Assembly: GCF_006345805.1 (NCBI RefSeq)
Contig: NW_021835989.1
Coordinates: 124,001 to 188,000 of the forward strand
DNA length: 64,000 bases
DNA from: Octopus sinensis
Taxonomy: Eukaryota
Reading direction: 5' to 3'
The stretch's first letter is position 1; each line of letters opens with the position of its first letter. This document shows positions 1 through 11,555 of this stretch, in pieces. A program made the translations under genes and the position numbers. Below the pieces are notes generated by a model. It had not been told where the DNA came from and ran no database searches. It was given only the letters and a program-made list of their open reading frames with translations.

Positions 1-993
1 ACTCAAGTGCTTGGCTTCCATTCTATTGCCACTTCACTCCTACTTGCCAAAGTCAATAAAAAAAGCAAATTTTGTTCATTTTTCTTTATTGAAAAAACGA
101 TCTGTTACACAAAGAATCAGCAAATAAGTACAGTCTCTATAGCTTAACATAAATAATTTCTCCGGAAATTCTCTGTTTCAAGCTTTTGAAAATAAATTGA
201 AATTGTGCGAATTAGTTACAAAAAGAAAATGCAGATTTTGTGGATTTTCTTTCTAAAAATCCTATCGATCTGTATGAATATATGCAAAGATAATTATGAA
301 ATTGAAATTAGAAATTTCATCACGTTTCACGGATTTATGAATAAAATGTAATATGTCACGAGCGCAGTGCAAGACTGAGCGCTAGGCGCGACCAATCAAT
401 GTCTAAGAAGAATAGCTGATTCGCATCTTAACAATACATTAATTTTGCCAACTAGTGAGATTAACGTAGACCTTTATTAAAAAACTAAATTCACTTTTTT
501 AAAAATAATATTTTTTCTCGTTCGGCCCGCATCACATAAAAAACACAAAATTTATCTTGTGAAGCCAAAAAACCTGCCGACTTTTGTGATAGATCATCTG
601 ATACATATTGAGCCATCATTAGAGTATTGCAATGTTCATGTCTACTGTTCACAACCTTCTCCTCTTAAAACTATCAAAAAATGCCAAAATTGATAATTGT
701 GTCCTTTATGATAAAAATAAGATAAATTAGTTCCTTATTAGAAATTTCAAGTAATTTATACATATCTCATAAAAGAAAAATTCTTGATTATTTGGCTTTA
801 TTGAGTTTGACAGATTTTATGAAATTAACATTTACTCAAAAAAACTCACAAAAAAATTGATCGTCATTCCATCATCAAAAAACTGAACAAAATAACAATT
901 AGTCAACATTATTTCACTCTGGAAACATGTTTGTTGAGGACACATTAGATATTGATTAATAAAAAGATAAATAAAAATTTTATAAAAAAACTT

Positions 994-1466
994 TCACTCA
1001 GGTTTAAGCATTTGAAGGAAATCAAGTTTGGTAAGTGCCTTAGAACTGTTCTTCCTTTTATTTGAAGATTTTTGACGTCCTTGCTTATCCTCTGATTCTG
1101 CAGATAGTTCGGCCTTTCTTTTCTTAGCCTGGGACACAAATTTGAGAACGGCTCTTATTTGATAATATAACAGAAATACTTCTGACTTGTTCTTAGTAAT
1201 ATATCTTCCAATTCTTGGTCGTATGAGTCAAGAGATTGATGGAAAAACATTTCTGGCATTATGTTCTGTTAATTTATATTTTTAATATTACAATTGAACG
1301 GGAAGGTTTTATATCCTCGGAAATTGTTTCTGTATTGAAATCTTGCTTGCTTAGGATTACTGGGTCTGCCACTTTCTTCCGTAGGATTCTCCGGATGGAA
1401 GTTGACATGGCGTTTAAAGAATCTTGAATTGGGTTGTCGTTAGTATTGAAAGAAGTTTGGGTTCAT
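994..1466 (-). CDS. RRP15-like ribosome biogenesis protein (spliced, frameshifted)
   Basis: Manual splicing gives MSTSIRRILRKKVADPVILSK...EDILLRTSQKAVLKFVSQAKK...ALTKLDFLQMLKPE*. This resembles the RRP15 motifs (ILxKK..PxILSK, ATRGVVQLFNAV, SKKDFxxxL). Two ~26-nt GT-AG introns. Confidence 0.5.
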
Positions 1467-1689
1467 TTATATTAAAACTTGTTCAATTAGATTAACTAAC
1501 AACAAAAAAACGTGTTTTAAAAATTAATTTTGAAATATCATAAAAATGGTTAAAAATATAGAAATTATAGAAATTTAATTTTTAAGTTGATTAATTCTCC
1601 TAAAGTGGATAATTAAATTAAAAAGATACAAGGTCTTAATATATTTAAAAAATAACAAGTAAAATAGAGAAGTTAACTAAATTAGATGA

Positions 1690-1840
1690 GTCGCCGAGCG
1701 GATGGACAGGCAATTTCCACGTAATATCGCGAACGATATCCGCTGAAAAACCCAGCTCGTTTCACGACTATCGGGACTCTTTTTCGAGATGATTAAACCA
1801 ATCTCTTAAATATTTTTTGTCATAAACGCGGAAAAATTTC
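1690..1840 (-). mobile_element. CRE-type non-LTR retrotransposon 3' end relic
   Basis: Translates ...SRETSWVFQRISFAILRGNCLSI, the C-terminal motif also seen in the intact RLE ORF at 16246-16644 (WLFQRISIVILRGNC). Confidence 0.7.
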
Positions 1841-2279
1841 ATCCTGCTAATTATTTTATGGGTGGTTTTTTTTGACAAATTTGAGAATTTTAGGAGATGG
1901 CCGACCACGTTGAGCTGTGACAAATACCTCGAATGTTCTGATATTTTGACAAGAATCATCAATCTTTTTTATTATGGATCTTTTGAAAATTAAAATTTAA
2001 TGACTCCTTCAGTTTTTTCGCTCATCTCAAAATTTCATTTTGAAATTACTAACCGCTTGTTTTAAAATTTTCGGAACAAACTCCGCATTGGAGGTAACAA
2101 GATCGGACTTGTATTCTCTTTAGGGTACAAACATGTCAGGATGACGTGAAGAAGAATCATATAGCGTACATATCAATGCAATGCTAACTGGCCTGGCCTC
2201 TTTAAAATGAATTTTCCATTAAATTGCTTATAAAAATCAAAATTCCTATATATTATTTCAAATTAAAAATTAGTCTCAT

Positions 2280-4580
2280 TATCTAGTTAATTTAAATTGA
2301 TAAAAATATGACGAATCTGTTTCGATACATAAAATCTTTTTATCATTCGCACATAAACCAATTTATTTACCCTTTTTAATGATTTATAAAATCGTTCATT
2401 TTCAGGTATTTTCACATCCTAAACTCACTAAATTTGATAATAAATACAGAAAATATATTAAAACATTGCAGCAAATCAACACTGTTGGCAAGAACTACTA
2501 AATCTGAATTGTTTGATAAATCAAAAGCTGGCACGTGATTATGATATTTATTGTGTAAAAAATCTAAAATATTAATGTATATTTATTTGAAGATAACCAT
2601 GTAATAATCCTACTTTTTTGCATTTGTTATTCATCCATTGAGTATTATTAAATTCGTTAAAAGTTTGTTCATTCAATTTCAAAATGTTCCAAGAAAATAT
2701 TTTATTTTTAGTTATTTCTGAATTAGCAGCTATGCAAGTCCCATCCCAAGACCACACGATATTCTCGATTGGACAGTCCTCAATATAAAAAATAAAATAA
2801 TCTCAAATAAATACCAAAAACGTAGAACATTTTTGATACGTTGTTTTTGAATTTTCTCGTTCAAAAATATGTATACTTCCACAGCTGTAATAAACGACCA
2901 ATTTTGAATTATCGGCATTAAATGCAGACTTCATTACTGTACTTGACACCTCTTCTATTGAGCATTGTTTCGTCAATGTAATCGATTCGATAACAACTAG
3001 CTGGCCGTTTTTGGACCCAACACAAATTTGAGTGCAATCGTGACTTATTGTTATTGATGAAATTGGTATCTTTATGAAATAGTAATTATGACTTACATGT
3101 AATTTAATTATCTTAATTAATCTATTCGTCACTAAATCCCACTTTATTAATCTTCCAGACTCGTCTCCTGTTATAATAAAGTGATGGAGTCTAGAAGCAC
3201 ACAAATCCAATATTTTGACTGAATGACTCTAATGAAATTCACAATATATTCTAACTTCAAAAATCGTCGAGATTTGCATGTTTTTTAATAATAAAATTAT
3301 ATGATTTGAGGTCATCAAATACATCATGTGTGGTCCATCGGAGGATAAGTTTATCACATGTCCTTTATCCTGTTCGATCTAAAAATTGAAATGTGATATA
3401 TACTTTAAATGTGTTAATACAATGTTTTGTACCGACCTTCCAAATTTTCACGAACCCTTCATCGCAAGCTGTGGCGATTTTATTTTCAGTAATTACAAGC
3501 ATTGAAGAAATTGTCCCCGAATGGGCTTTATCAATACGATATAACATATTTTGTGATTCTTAAATTTCAAAAATAGTAGTTTATACTAAAACTCCAACAT
3601 TCAAGTGTGCCATTAGAGAGTCCAAGAACAATATCCCCGCTGTTGGTAAAAATACCACAAGTTGTGTGGCATGTAGGATCATATTTCTACAAAAATGGTT
3701 TAGAGATGAACTTTATTAATTGGAATTTTGTGCAATTCATTATTTTCAATTACAAAAAGCCATAAGTGCTGTTTGCTCCATGAAACAAACAAGTTTTCTG
3801 TTTTAGGTGAATAAATCAAATTATATTGCCTAAAGCACGATCCCTGAAGTTTATTATTAAATATAACGAGATTTATTTCAGCTATTCTTCTATCAGCCCT
3901 CCAGTTAAGGACAGCAACAAATACAGAAATATCTTGAAAGATCCCAACAAGGAACTTTCCATTCGACTACATTTGCTAGATATATTTTACAAGATCTGAC
4001 GAAAAACACAGTGAAGTCAGTTTTTTGACAGAATCGTCGAGTTTGATAATTTTTTTGGTTTGGAAAGTATACGAATCCCAAATTCTGATTATGATCTGAA
4101 TTATATTTTCAAAAGTAAAAAACATTTAAATTGCTTGTAGTTTCTGTTGTTGCATAAATTACTTTATTTGGATGAAAACAGATTCTAAATATTACTAAAT
4201 CAAATAAACATGTTTATATTGGATTCATGTTGATCATATATTCGTTGAGTGTGTTCATCTGGATCAAAAAATACTACAAATCTTCCAACATTATATGTCA
4301 ATTCTCGCGAATCATTAAAAAACATTTTTGATTTTTTATTGTCAAATAAATAACTAAAATTGAATCTATTATTTATTAAAAAACATCCATTCAATTTCTA
4401 ATTTGACGTCATCTTTTTTACTTTCATCTACAACATAGAAATTGTATTTATTTTTATTATTTTTCACAATAACTTTTCCAAATCTATTTTTTGAAGTCAA
4501 ATTTTGCTGATGATTTTTATTATTGTGATATTTCTTACTAAAAGTAAATTATTCATTAGGAAAATAACCAATTTAGACAT
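2280..4580 (-). CDS. EML/EMAP-like WD40 (HELP/TAPE) microtubule-associated protein
   Basis: KLEIEW|I-FNF...ELTYNVGRFVVFFDPDEHTQRIYDQH matches the HELP motif (KLKLEWVYGY...YFVASVVVLYN...QRHYLGH). WD repeats include AHSGTISSML..KIWK and GDESGRLIKWD. Many short introns; ends approximate. Confidence 0.65.
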
Positions 4581-5339
4581 TCAATTTGCTTCTGATATTT
4601 GAGCTTATTTAAATAAATTTCGTAATAGGTTTTTTTACTAAATATAAAATTAAAACATTAACTTTATTGGGGATCCGCAGTTTTTAACTAGAAAAAAATT
4701 TCAAAACAAACAAACTGCTATATAGATGTTTAAAACTGCTGTTCAAAGCGTCTAAGACACTTTCGCTTTTAAATAGCCTTCTTTCAATGTCTGCAAGTTT
4801 ATGAGAAAATATATCTAGAAAACATTTGTAGACAAACTTTACCAATCTCAGAGTACATTTTAGTATTCATGCATCAATTTTATAACTAGCAATATTAGTA
4901 ACAGCCTATATTTAACTAATTATTTACGTCATTACCTCGGGAAAATATCCATTAAATATGTAGTGTCTATCGATGAGCATCAATATATTTTAGGTAGTAA
5001 GATAAGTGAAAAGCAAATAATATTTATTAAATTGAGTTGAAATATTAATTCGACACTAAATTGGAAAGGTATTTTTGGTTAAGATAACTAAGGTCGATAA
5101 TGTAACATGTGACAAAATGTCGTAAGTAATCTTAAAATCAAATTATGTTCTATAAAATTGATTTATTAAACATAATACCTCAAGATATGATATATGTATT
5201 TTTTAAAAATAGATGTCTAGTATTTTGAAAACAAAATTAATCAATATTTATAAATACAAATCGGTCCAAAACGGTTATAAAAAATAGTATAACTAGATAC
5301 TCTTATATATAATTCGGTTTAAATCGAGAAGAAATAATT

Positions 5340-5535
5340 AAAAGATGTTGTTGCCCAGGCTGGCGACCAGGATTACCTACTTGACAGGGTAAACTAAATT
5401 AATTCTTAAGTGTCAATTTTAATCGGAAAGAAAACCAATAACCGCCGGAAAACCAGCTGGTTGTACCAAAGAATATCTATCGCGATCTTGCGAGGTAACT
5501 CGTTTGCTATCCGCGGTGCAGCCACTGGTGAATAA
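5340..5535 (+). mobile_element. CRE-type retrotransposon 3' end relic
   Basis: Translates NRRKTSWLYQRISIAILRGNSFAIRGAA. Confidence 0.7.
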
Positions 5536-6717
5536 TAAGTGCTGATATAACTTTTTTTCGATTTGTGTTCTTTTTATTCTTGTTTTTTAGATAAAACTAT
5601 GGGTTATAAATGGTACATATACAGATCATTAATTATTATAAATTGATTCTTTTTTATAAGTTTGTATTTTTCCGATTTAGATGTAGTTATCACTGGTTGT
5701 TTAAGTAATACATTTACAAGCTTTTTTGATATCGATAAAATATCTTACAATTTTGGTTGAAATTGTAGAAATGAATTTTCTTATTCTTGTTAAAAATAAT
5801 TAATAAATATGTATTATGACCATTAATAAACTATTTTTTATATTTTTATTTGAAAATACGCTTGCGGTCCGAGCAGATGCCGGGTCCAGGCAAAAACCGG
5901 TGACATAATTGTATTACTATTTTAACTTAAAAGTGGAATAATGAGCATCAAACGAGATAGGACTGAATATTAGTCTTGAAGAACTTTCTACACCATGATT
6001 GATAAAATGTAACTGTCATACTTCCAACCAATCTCATACTTAGAATTAATTTAGATCCTTTGCTTAATTGTTTAATTATTCATTCGCAAAGACCTTTCGA
6101 ACATGCGAACATAACATTTGACCTACACTTAATTTAATTTTTTAAAAACTACTTTTAGTGGTGATTTAAATAATTCTTCCTCATTATCTACATAAAAATA
6201 AGTACCAATAATACCAAAAATGGTAAATAATTGTAGATATGCATGAAATATTTCTTGAATGATTTTGAAATTTCTTTGCTGCTTTATGTTATAAATAATA
6301 CTACTATTCAAGATTTCGCAAAAATTTAGGAATTGATCGGCTGAACCGGTTTTTTATTATTTTGTCAATTGATGATTAGTATGTTTAGCAATCATAATTA
6401 TTTTTAGAAAAATTATTATTTTATACATTTTTTTATTTTTAAACGAAATTGGATTGAAAAATAAGTAAAAAAGTTAATTTTGTATCAAAATCGAAAATAT
6501 CAAAAATGAATGAGTTTTTTATATAAATAATATTCTGAAAAGACCATTTTATTAATTAAAAAATAAAAAAAATTCGAATAAAAGGCAATCAATTTATCCC
6601 AGGGGATTTCATTATCCAATTGCCACTTAATTAGGCTTCATCACCAAGACCACTTTACTAAAACAAAGTTCGTACAAGTTAACACGCAATAAACAATTCA
6701 AGTAGATCTTTACACTG

Positions 6718-7851
6718 ATGAACAACTCAAGTATCATATTTGAAGAAATAAATCAATGTTTTATCACAAATAATTTTGATTTGATAATACCCCCTGTCGG
6801 ACTTTTGTTTATTCGTTTGCTGTATATTTGTACAATTTTATCTTCTCTTTTCACAAACGCATTGGTGTTGATTATTTATCGATGCGGGAAGGGAGCAGGT
6901 GGACTCATTGGTGTATGGCTTTGCAACCTGGCTGCTGCAGATATAATATTGAATTTGTCTTATATTCCCATCACATTTACTGAAATGGTTCAAGTAAAGT
7001 GGAAAAACGGACATGTGACATGCCCACTTGTCAAATTCTTGAAACAGTCAGCAGTTTGTGCCACAATTTGGTTTGATATAACAATTGCCGTTGTCAGATT
7101 TGTAGCTCTGTTCAAACCTATGGCTACGAAAAAAATCAAACCGCATATAAAATCTATTGTGTTGTCAATTTGGATTTGTTCTGTTGGAATATCCTCAGTA
7201 AACTTGTTTATTTTGAAACAAACTGCAAGTGACTTTAGTTGCTCCATGCAAATCGAAATATGTCAAGAAAGATTGGAAGATCGAGGTTACGCAGCATTTT
7301 TGACTGCATTTTTATTAGTCATTCCATTGTTTTTAATAATCATAATATACACACTAATCATCATAAAGTTGTCAAATCCTATTTTTTTAAATAATATTCC
7401 AAAAAAGGTAAATCTGTGAATTCTACGTTGCCAGAAAATAATGCTTCCAGTAACCATAATACTGGTTTTTGTAATCTCTGGTCTTCCATACAAAATAACA
7501 TATATTATCTACATATTTTATCCGCGCTCATTTGCCGTGGAGGGAGTGGATGATGCTCGACATATCTATGCAATATTTTTTTCCACTCATTGGCTAATGT
7601 TGCTTTCTTCGTTGGCAAATCCACTCCTTTACATGTTTTTTAACAAGAATTACTGGGTAATTTATAATTTTAAATTTTTATAGTTGCACTGCAAATTGTT
7701 GTTCATAAAAATATGGCCACTGAAACAAATTAGGAAACAAGACTTGATTGGAAAGATTTATGAAAGCATTCATTTTAAGCCTTTGTGCAGTGACTATAAA
7801 CAGGAAATGACTAATCATAAAAAATCTTCTCAAAATTCTGACAATATTTGA
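6718..7851 (+). CDS. Class A (rhodopsin-like) GPCR, neuropeptide-receptor-like
   Basis: Seven hydrophobic helices with NLAAAD (TM2), the TM3 Cys, TM4 W, GLPY (TM6) and NPLLY (TM7). Two 27-nt introns (7408-7434, 7657-7683) join the ORFs in frame up to TGA at 7849-7851. Confidence 0.9.
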
Positions 7852-8239
7852 AACTACTTTTTCATTGAATTCATGATTTTTTCTTACTTTTAAATTATTA
7901 AATAAATTACAAAACTGTACAAAAATTTGACTATTTTATTTCTTCTTGTGATCATGTATATTTTGTAAATAATCATTTTATTCTATATATGCATATTATG
8001 TATGTTCATATACTCATTTTTTTGGCTTCATATTCTCATTAACTAGTATTTTGAGGTTTTAGGTTTGGGTCTTTAAGTGTTTGGAATAATTTAACATGTT
8101 TATTATTTTCAAAGCTATATACTATTTTTATATTCATTTAATAAATAATGGTTAATTTTAATGAAAAATAAATAAAATAAACATATACAATTCAACCACA
8201 GGATTCTTTATTTTTTGTAGATTTTCAGTTTATGTACAA

Positions 8240-8630
8240 AAACATACTATCGCAGATAAGTATAGTATCCCCGACACTACCACGACCAAAGTTATTCTCA
8301 AAAATATCCCTTTGGATACTGAAACATCAGAACTAGAGAAAAAAAATTCGATTAGAATTATCCATCGACTATGGAAGTGGAAAGATTTCGCAAATCCGAC
8401 CGACCTATGTCGTTGTGCAAAGTCGTACTGACGTCCATATTGGAAGCAACTAATCTAGTGAGTTCTGAATTATATTTTAAACATGTCCATTTGTACGCAC
8501 AATGGGATTGGCCTCAACAAAATAGAACGTGTTTTAAGTGTGGCATTTTTGTACAAGAGAAGGACTGGGAAAATACAAACAAGGGATTAAACGACGCGTT
8601 GAAATTCTCAGAAAATTTGATCGTTTAGGA
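8240..8630 (+). mobile_element. Degenerate LINE ORF1/gag-like fragment
   Basis: KVILKNIPLDTETSELEK...VERFRK...RTCFKCG resembles a LINE ORF1 RRM followed by a decayed zinc knuckle. Confidence 0.35.
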
Positions 8631-8839
8631 GTTTAGTTTAGTCTTGCTGATACTCAGGGGTGAAGCAAAAACAATGATTTAAATTTGTCACAATTAACCA
8701 TTGAGGAATTAATGCATTTATAAAAATGACTTGATCTAACGCTTTTACTTAAAATAACTTTTTATGATTAAGCAGTCCAGTTCTTTTTTCTTGATTGGTC
8801 CTTGAAAAACATTAAAAGAAAAAGTGTAAAATCTTCTGG

Positions 8840-10080
8840 AAATCAACGAGAAATGACCTCGGTAACAATATTTTTGGGGAACGAAATCTGTTTCGGTTCA
8901 GAAAGGGCCATCTAGAAAGGATTTTTTGCCAATTCAGTAATTAATAAGCCGGAACGACTGTTCAAGTTTGCTTGCAGGCCGAACGGAAACGAGCATAAGG
9001 GAAGTTGACATCCAGGATTTCAGTTTTGGTGAAATTCACAGTAAAACTGAGGTTGTTCACCACAGGGATCAAAAGAGATAGGTTTAATGACCAAATCAAA
9101 AAAAAGCCGAAAATAATACCAGAAGTTAATAAAAATCATAGCCACGTTGATAATCTAAATCTGCACTGGCTTTAAAAATAAAAGATTTTCAAAAGTCTTT
9201 TAATTTAACAAAACAATTTCACAGCATTTACCCAGTAAACTCGTCAAAATCACCTTGAACAAATTAAAAAATAAAACTCAACTTCCGAATAAAGATGTAA
9301 AAGTGTGCAACGTGGCTTGGAGCAAGAATCTCGATTGGCATCGTCCGCTGAGACAGTCAAGCAATTTTCTGCCCAGTCAAATGATTTTACTTGTCTTTCA
9401 ATAATAAATAAATCAATTAAAAAAAATAATTCGCCCTGTCCTTTTGTTTTTAACTACACAGAATTTTTTAGACGGTTAACAACGAGGCTATATAGCCCCT
9501 CTCATCACTGTCGTTGTGGAGAATTAGTTTCTTCTGAGAAATGTAGCCTAAATAATTTTCCAAAAATAAAAGTAAATAAATTTTTTTAATACAAAAAACG
9601 CAACTATCAGAACTTATGAAAAATAACTTTGCTACAAAAAATGTTCGCATAATTCACGAGAAACAGAAGCATCGTCGACTTCTACCACGTCGTATTTACC
9701 ACATATTTTGCCAAGACGAGTGGCCAGCCAATGTTTACACTGCTAAATTAATCAACAAAATACCGTGTAGATCTCATCCTTTTCAAGAACTAGGAATAAT
9801 CCATAATTATTACCGAAATGCTGAAATGCTGGGCATGTGCAAAAATTGAAATATTCGAGACATAAATACGATTTTCCAGACAATCCACGAACCTATAATG
9901 AACCTAAATCATTACTTTATAAAATCCTCTCCCTGAAGGAGACAAATACATGTTTATTCTATTTCTGTCAATTATATCCAAAGCATGGATTAATATTCCG
10001 GGAAGAAGGTTGTCATACCTGCCAATTTCGTTATTAGAATTGTACATTAGAAGATGTGAGTCGGGGACTAGATGTATTTA
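8840..10080 (+). mobile_element. Highly decayed non-LTR retrotransposon fragments
   Basis: HHCRCG zinc motif at ~9500, like the CRE HKCRCG at ~52550. Scattered RT/RLE-like peptide remnants with many stops. Confidence 0.3.
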
Positions 10081-10344
10081 GTTGATTATATATACATTTT
10101 TTGTGAATTCCATATTCTTTTTGTGTTTCTTTCAATAAATTAGAGACACAAGAACTTGTATCCATCAAATATTTTAATTATAAAAAAATTAATATTTATA
10201 AAACGGAAACTTATAGATTTTAACATCATTCAATAAGTTATTTAAAAATTTTTTGAAGTATATGAAAAATAAATAGTTTTTTTTATAATTTGTCGTTTTT
10301 TGAAATAGAATGTATTTATTTTAAAAATAAATGTATTATTTTAC

Positions 10345-10954
10345 TTATAAACTAAATTTTGGTTCCCATTTCCCTGTGTTACGACTCAAAGTCACCAGAA
10401 AACGACCTAAAAATTCCGATTCTCATAAAATACAAGCAGGACACGTGACTATCTCTGACTTGACAGTACAGTCATACCCCCAAGCTTTCATAATCCCTCT
10501 AATAAGTCCGCATATATATGCAGTATACTACAATATATATACTATTTTACATCTTGAAAAGAACTTTTGTATTGTTCGCCGTTAGAAATTGACTCCAAAA
10601 ATAAAAAATTTGAATCTTCAATTACAAAACAATTTTCCTCTGGGTTTGACAGAGTTGCCTTCCGTCCTAAAAAGGAATTCCAAAACTCCTCAAATATCAA
10701 TTTAAGAATCTCTTCTATTTCTCCTAAAACTTGTTTCGTTATTGTAAATCTATCAAATGAATAAATTAAGTAACTTTTCTGCAAATTTTAACCCGGATGA
10801 GAACCCAATAGATTCAATTTTTGTCCTACCTGTGGTCTGGTTCGGTTATTAAAAGACCTACTTGGAATGTTTGGCCATAAATGGTTCGGTAATAAGATAA
10901 TAATTCGCCATGGTAATAATAAAACAAAGTCTTTTCGCCACTATTTGTATCCAT
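10345..10954 (-). CDS. TRAPPC6: TRAPP complex subunit 6 (Trs33)
   Basis: Spliced product: LFYYYHGELL...KIESIGFSSGLKFAEK|FT...ILKLIFEEFWNSFLGRK...FVIEDSNF...AYICGLIRGIMKAWG...PAC|RFLV. Four short introns. Confidence 0.85.
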
Positions 10955-11555
10955 CACAAGACTTTCTTGTTGGTTTAATTTTATTTGAATTATTTTAGTC
11001 TTAACAAACCAATTTTTTAATATAATATTTATTAAACTATATTGGATTTAAAAATTGATTTTGCCTGATAAAAACTAATCTCATCTTAGTAAGAAGTTTA
11101 CACTATCTTGAGTTTAATTTCTTAAAGTACAATTTAATAATTGGTTGACTATCAGTACATAACTCAGTCATGTAATTCTGTTGCTGTTCTAATCTAAATT
11201 GTTAAAATCTATTGAGATTGTTTTTTGGAAAATTTCATTTTCATAGAATTATACGCTCGAAATTCCAATATCCAGAAATATAACCACTACTTATTAAAAT
11301 ATCAATATAATAAAATTGACATTTTCATGTGGTTTCCTTGGTTGTTCTTATTGAACTTAATTATCGATAAATTTTGTAAAGCTATATTGAATTAAAAGCT
11401 CTGCACTTATAAACTAAAACAATATATTATCATTAATATAATATGAACTTGCACATGATCAATACTGTTTATTTTAATAATCTGTGGTTTTTAAAGTCAT
11501 ATTGACCGAAGCTAATATAATCAATTTCTTCGCAAAATCATCACATTTTATTTTA

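Noticed and set aside
355-455. Possible Helitron 3' end (GC hairpin plus CTAG)
   Set aside because: The stem is imperfect, the spacing is wrong and there is no associated Helitron sequence.
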